Source of the DNA: a virus
Lineage: Duplodnaviria > Caudoviricetes
Strand: one strand, 5' to 3'
DNA: 38,518 nucleotides
IMG/VR virus record: IMGVR_UViG_3300027811_000013
Span: 1 to 38,518 of that record
A model generated the notes under the pieces. The model searched no databases. It was not told the origin of the DNA and saw only the letters and a program-made list of their open reading frames with translations. The translations under genes and the position numbers were made by a program. This document shows positions 34,734-38,518 of this stretch, in pieces. Position 1 is the first letter of the stretch. Each line of letters starts with the position of its first letter.

Positions 34734-35546
34734 TCATCTTGCCTTCTTGATTACCTCTAGGTCCTGGAGGACTTTGCTGGCTGAGCCCTTGTCCAGTTTG
34801 CTGAAGTCGTCCACGCCAAAATGGCCAAGGACATTCTTCACAATCTCCTCGTTCCCAGGCAGGCGCTGTACTTCTTTCGCCAATGTCTTGAAGTACTCCG
34901 CTTGCTTCGCCGTGGCCAGCTCTTGCGGCGGTAGCTGGTCCGCTGTCTCAAAGCCGCCTTTCCAGCCTTCATCGCTTGCGCCCGCATCTGCACCAGAATA
35001 GGTGTCGCTGGTGGTGCGCTTCCCGCCCTTCCGATCGGCAAGGCGCTTGGCTATCAGCGCCGCTGCGAACTTCTCAGGGATGATGGCCCTGATAGCGTTG
35101 CGCTGGGCCTTGCTCACGGCCTTCTGCAAGGCAAACGGGTCTGGGAACTCGCCGCCGCGTGCCTGCATCATCTTGTCTTGATTGCTCACGCCGTACATCT
35201 CTACGCCAGTCCCGCGGTTAGTCGCCTTGACCTGGGCCATGAACGCCCTGCCGTCGTCAACTATCTTCAGCTCGCTCAGTGAGATCGCTTGGCCCGACTC
35301 GGCCATCTGTCTCTGCACTTCTTTGACGCCAGCATACGAAAGGCCCACAGCTGTTTGCTTGCCCTTTTCGATGAAGTAGACGAAGTCCTCCAGATATTGG
35401 CCTTCCAACTCCTTTACGATCTGGCCTTCATCCCACTTTTCCATAGCCACGAAGTCCTCTTGGTCCTTCGGCTTGACTATGGCTTTCGTCTGCTCGGGCT
35501 CACCTTTGGCCGGCTGTGCCGGCTTCTTCTCCTTCTCATCTGTCAT
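34734..35546 (-). CDS. Single-strand annealing protein (Rad52/ERF-like superfamily)
   Basis: GLSYAG..AQVKAT..G.S..KAVSKAQRNAI core; C-terminal ATAKQ..ASKVLQDL helical domain. Confidence 0.65.
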   Translation of the reverse strand: MTDEKEKKPAQPAKGEPEQTKAIVKPKDQEDFVAMEKWDEGQIVKELEGQYLEDFVYFIEKGKQTAVGLSYAGVKEVQRQMAESGQAISLSELKIVDDGRAFMAQVKATNRGTGVEMYGVSNQDKMMQARGGEFPDPFALQKAVSKAQRNAIRAIIPEKFAAALIAKRLADRKGGKRTTSDTYSGADAGASDEGWKGGFETADQLPPQELATAKQAEYFKTLAKEVQRLPGNEEIVKNVLGHFGVDDFSKLDKGSASKVLQDLEVIKKAR

Positions 35547-35642
35547 GTCTATCTCCTGGCCGCCTGGCGTTGCAGCTCGGCGGCCCATGGTGGAAATAAT
35601 ATGCCTTGATGGGCCATTCGCCGTCAAGGCATACAAAAAGGT

Positions 35643-35909
35643 TTATTGTGTGTCGTCTGGAAGATCGCTTCCGCCAGATTCTATGATGCGCTGGGCACGG
35701 CTCTTGCCATCCGCGAACCGGATTTGGGCGTACATGAAGTGCTTGACCATGTTGTTGATGCGTGTCCTTGTTCCAGTGTTGTCATCAACATCCAGGCGGA
35801 ACTCCACTTGGCCCGTGCTTGGCGTACCGAGTGTTATCTTCACATCACGCCTTTCCGTCGCCATGATGGCCTGAGCTAACTCCCAGAGCATCTTATTGCC
35901 CTCGTCCAT
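35643..35909 (-). CDS. Hypothetical protein
   Basis: 88-aa ORF in operon. Confidence 0.6.
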   Translation of the reverse strand: MDEGNKMLWELAQAIMATERRDVKITLGTPSTGQVEFRLDVDDNTGTRTRINNMVKHFMYAQIRFADGKSRAQRIIESGGSDLPDDTQ

Positions 35910-36135
35910 GGTCCTTCACTTCCTTGTCGTACACGATTCGCCTGTACATTTTCTCATCTGGAGATTCTCGGATGTGAACCTCCAGGTCGTTGGCGCTCTT
36001 GCTCGCTGCTCGGATGAATTGGTCGGCATCCTTTTGGCATCCGAACGCGAGACAGATCCTACTCGACTCGGGCGGATAGGGCAGCGGTATGCCGCGGTGA
36101 ACGGCCCGCTGTACTAAGACCAGGTACACGACCAT
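35893..36135 (-). CDS. Hypothetical protein
   Basis: 80-aa ORF in operon. Confidence 0.55.
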   Translation of the reverse strand: MVVYLVLVQRAVHRGIPLPYPPESSRICLAFGCQKDADQFIRAASKSANDLEVHIRESPDEKMYRRIVYDKEVKDHGRGQ

Positions 36136-36136
36136 G

Positions 36137-36502
36137 CTAAATACCGTCCCGCATGCCGCGCATGATGCGCGCTGCTCTATCCATCAGACACAGAGCTTCC
36201 TGAATCTGTCTCTGCGCGCCTTTGCTCACGGTGCGCTTGTAGCCGTTCTTGAAATACACTTTGCGCCGGACTTGCCCGCCGTTTATCCGGCCCAGGCGCA
36301 TGGTCACTTCACCGGCGTAATACATCTTTTTCAGTTCGACAGCGGCATGGGCTCGATGGATGCCAACGCCTTCCGCGACACCGTCCTGCGTGTTCTCATG
36401 CTTGGCCAGGTATTTGTCTTTCTCCGGGTACTTGGCCAAGTGCACCAAGATGCGCTCCCGCACAGTCATTGGTTCAAGGCTTGTTGTCTGTTCTGGATTC
36501 AT
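36137..36502 (-). CDS. Winged-helix DNA-binding protein
   Basis: TVRERILVHL..TQDGVAEGVGIHRAHAAVELKKM..GEV..RRKVYF. Confidence 0.8.
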   Translation of the reverse strand: MNPEQTTSLEPMTVRERILVHLAKYPEKDKYLAKHENTQDGVAEGVGIHRAHAAVELKKMYYAGEVTMRLGRINGGQVRRKVYFKNGYKRTVSKGAQRQIQEALCLMDRAARIMRGMRDGI

Positions 36503-36725
36503 CGCCTGTCACCTCATGCCTGCTCACCAGGCCCAATGCGTCTCGCCCTACTCCTTTGACGAAGGCATCCACTTTCCAATAGTTGCCACACTTGCGGCAA
36601 CTAAAGACGAGTGTATCACCTACCGTCTTTGCCACGATCTTGCCAGCGCGGCCCAGGCCGCACCAGTGCGTCACCGAACCGTCCGCGTTGATTTGGAACG
36701 GTTTGTGCAGGTCTTCGGCCATCAC
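36474..36725 (-). CDS. Zn-ribbon protein
   Basis: HWCG..FSCRKCG. Confidence 0.6.
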   Translation of the reverse strand: MMAEDLHKPFQINADGSVTHWCGLGRAGKIVAKTVGDTLVFSCRKCGNYWKVDAFVKGVGRDALGLVSRHEVTGDESRTDNKP

Positions 36726-37822
36726 GCTACCGCCTCAGGCACGAGAATGTGGCTGGCGACATGGCGGATTGCTGGCGACACGGCATTCATCAGCTCTCCG
36801 CCGATCGTCTCCAGCTCCATCTGTCGGTCTGCCTGTTCCGTGTCCCTAGCCAAGCGCGTTACAGCGTTGGCCAGTCCCCACTGTGTCTTACCAGCGGGCG
36901 TGCCTACTTCCTCGGCGAACATGTCGAGTAGCTTGGCTTTCTCATGGTCGCTCAGGCCAATGGCCGGACTTATCAAGTCCACGACCTCCGCGATCGGCGC
37001 TTCTAGCTTCACGCCCGCAGCGACTGAGGCTTTCCGCACGACCTGTTCCCACAGCGCCGGCTCGAGGCCGGCCTTCACCGTGTCCTTGATTTGGCTGAAC
37101 AGGGCCTCATCGGTCTTCTTGAGCGTTCTCGCGCTCCAGTCAACTAGCCCTACTTCCAGCTTCTGACCAAGGTGGACATGCTTGATTATGTCCTCAGTCC
37201 ACGCGCCGTTGCTGCACCACTGTCGCCACATGCCCAGCGATACGGCCATCCGCGCCGCGCCTACTTCGCTGTTCACCAGCATCAGCATGGCCTGCACCTG
37301 GTCGTTCTTGATGACCTCGGCCATGGCCGGCAACTTCGCCTTGATGTACATCCTGGTCTCGCTGATGTCGCACTGGAAGATCTCGATTTCCTGGTTCTCT
37401 TCCCTCTGTTGCTTGAGGGCGTCCAGGAAAACCCAGACCAGGTCGTAGTTGTCTATCGGCCTGTATCTGTCGGACAAGATCGCCCGAACATTGCCGTCCA
37501 GTACGCGCAACAGTCGCTTTTCCTTGGTGTTCATCCAGGCGTTGATGTTGTCGGCTTGCAGCTCGTACTTCTTCTCCTGGGCCATCCTGTCGTAGTATTT
37601 CAACGGGATGCCCATCTTTTCGGCTAGCTGCTCGTGGGCGTATCTGTTCAAGGGCAGCTCGTGTGTCGCACCACCATCCTTGGGAACAGGCACGCTCAGG
37701 ACAACTCCTTCGCCTGTCGGCTTGGCCACGATCGCGTCACTTCGCACGACCAGGTCCATGCTGTTCTTCTTCTGTCTTTCCAGCTCGTCGCACAATTGCG
37801 TCAAGGTTCCTTTCCTTAACAT
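36722..37822 (-). CDS. DUF932-like protein
   Basis: QLAEKMGIP..LLRVLDGNVRAILSDRYRPIDN..NSEVG..CSNG..TQWGLANAVT. Confidence 0.8.
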   Translation of the reverse strand: MLRKGTLTQLCDELERQKKNSMDLVVRSDAIVAKPTGEGVVLSVPVPKDGGATHELPLNRYAHEQLAEKMGIPLKYYDRMAQEKKYELQADNINAWMNTKEKRLLRVLDGNVRAILSDRYRPIDNYDLVWVFLDALKQQREENQEIEIFQCDISETRMYIKAKLPAMAEVIKNDQVQAMLMLVNSEVGAARMAVSLGMWRQWCSNGAWTEDIIKHVHLGQKLEVGLVDWSARTLKKTDEALFSQIKDTVKAGLEPALWEQVVRKASVAAGVKLEAPIAEVVDLISPAIGLSDHEKAKLLDMFAEEVGTPAGKTQWGLANAVTRLARDTEQADRQMELETIGGELMNAVSPAIRHVASHILVPEAVA

Positions 37823-37845
37823 CTTCGCATCTCCTTTGCTTCTTC

Positions 37846-38082
37846 GGCCTGGGCGCGATCTTTCACGCGCTCAGGTCATGTTGGTAGAGGCCGGCGGGCT
37901 TGCTGGCGTCGGGATTGATTCCCCCTCCCCTTCGCTTGGTGGTCTCATGGCCGACTGTATCAAGTCGTTTAACCGCCGGTCTCCATTGGGTGCCATCGCG
38001 CTGGTGTAGGTGGTTCGAACTCTGGAGGAAAGGACGATTCCCGCGTTAGGGGGGAATCTATTTACAACACTCCAGCGCGATG
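37846..38082 (+). ncRNA. Candidate structured RNA/ssDNA element
   Basis: Nested inverted repeats with G-U pairs favouring the + strand; no credible ORF. Confidence 0.4.
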
Positions 38083-38115
38083 ACATGATGGAAAAAGGTT
38101 TTGAGGTTTATTAGA

Positions 38116-38379
38116 CTAGACTTTGCGGTAGAATCTGACCACGCGCTCCTTCTCGATGAGCACATTATATGTGCGGAATCCGCCTCTGTTGCCATAGCCG
38201 CCCGTGTATGGATTGCTCAGACCAATGACAAGCATGGCCCTCTTCTCGCCACGCACGAAGGTTCGTAGGATCTTGCCCAGACGCGTTCCACGCTCCGGGT
38301 GTACGAACTCGACCAGGCGGCCTTCTTCCCAGCGTTTTTCTTCGGTTAATCGCTCAGTCAAGTCATCCAATCCAATCAT
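38116..38379 (-). CDS. Small SH3-like beta protein
   Basis: GRLVEFVHPERGTRLGKILR..MLVIG..VLIEKERV. Confidence 0.55.
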   Translation of the reverse strand: MIGLDDLTERLTEEKRWEEGRLVEFVHPERGTRLGKILRTFVRGEKRAMLVIGLSNPYTGGYGNRGGFRTYNVLIEKERVVRFYRKV

Positions 38380-38518
38380 CTCCGCCAGACTTGGCCAACT
38401 CGCCACGCAACTGCTTGAGCAGGTTGATTTCATCCTGAGACAGAACGCCCTGGGAAACACATGTCTCCTCGAGCGTCTGCACCAGGCGGTCAAAGGTTCT
38501 TGGCATCATTTCTTCTCG
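38363..38518 (-). CDS. 3' part of a small ORF that appears to start at nt 18 and cross the window ends
   Basis: ATG at 18 with GGAGG SD gives MGEKSC, in frame with REEMMPRTFDRL..DDWIG* at 38518-38363. Confidence 0.55.
   Translation of the reverse strand, partial: REEMMPRTFDRLVQTLEETCVSQGVLSQDEINLLKQLRGELAKSGGDDWIG

Noticed and set aside
1-38518. CRISPR array, DGR/reverse transcriptase, integrase, IS element, intein or terminal repeats
   Set aside because: No spaced direct repeats, RT motifs, recombinase/transposase motifs or end duplications were seen by eye; TerL is of normal length.

Overview
The window looks like a complete, circularly permuted ~38.5-kb genome of a head-tail dsDNA virus (Caudoviricetes, HK97-type capsid, non-contractile tail). 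Every credible gene is on the minus strand. Order in the direction of transcription: small early genes (1354->1, apparently continuing across the window ends to 38116); a structured non-coding gap; a recombination/regulation block (DUF932-like, wHTH, single-strand annealing protein, RHH, Sm-like, ASCH, PD-(D/E)xK nuclease); a putative DNA-modification block fused to the packaging genes (ParB-like, TET-associated-type glycosyltransferase, three radical-SAM-type proteins, terS, PAPS-reductase-family enzyme, terL); head genes (portal-MuF fusion, protease-scaffold, MCP); neck and adhesin genes; and tail genes (tube, frameshifted chaperone, a very short tape measure, Dit-like and hub-like proteins). 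A (TG)n/palindrome-rich control region at 1370-2030 closes the circle. C2H2 fingers, many Zn ribbons, a TATA-like box, an archaeal-looking wHTH and the lack of an endolysin suggest an archaeal, probably anaerobic host (possibly Thermoplasmatota; inference). I see no integrase, DNA polymerase, helicase, primase, DNA methyltransferase or TET/JBP dioxygenase. The best candidate novel system is an oxygen-independent, radical-SAM-based DNA hypermodification pathway coupled to packaging. All family calls come from motif recognition by eye, not database searches.
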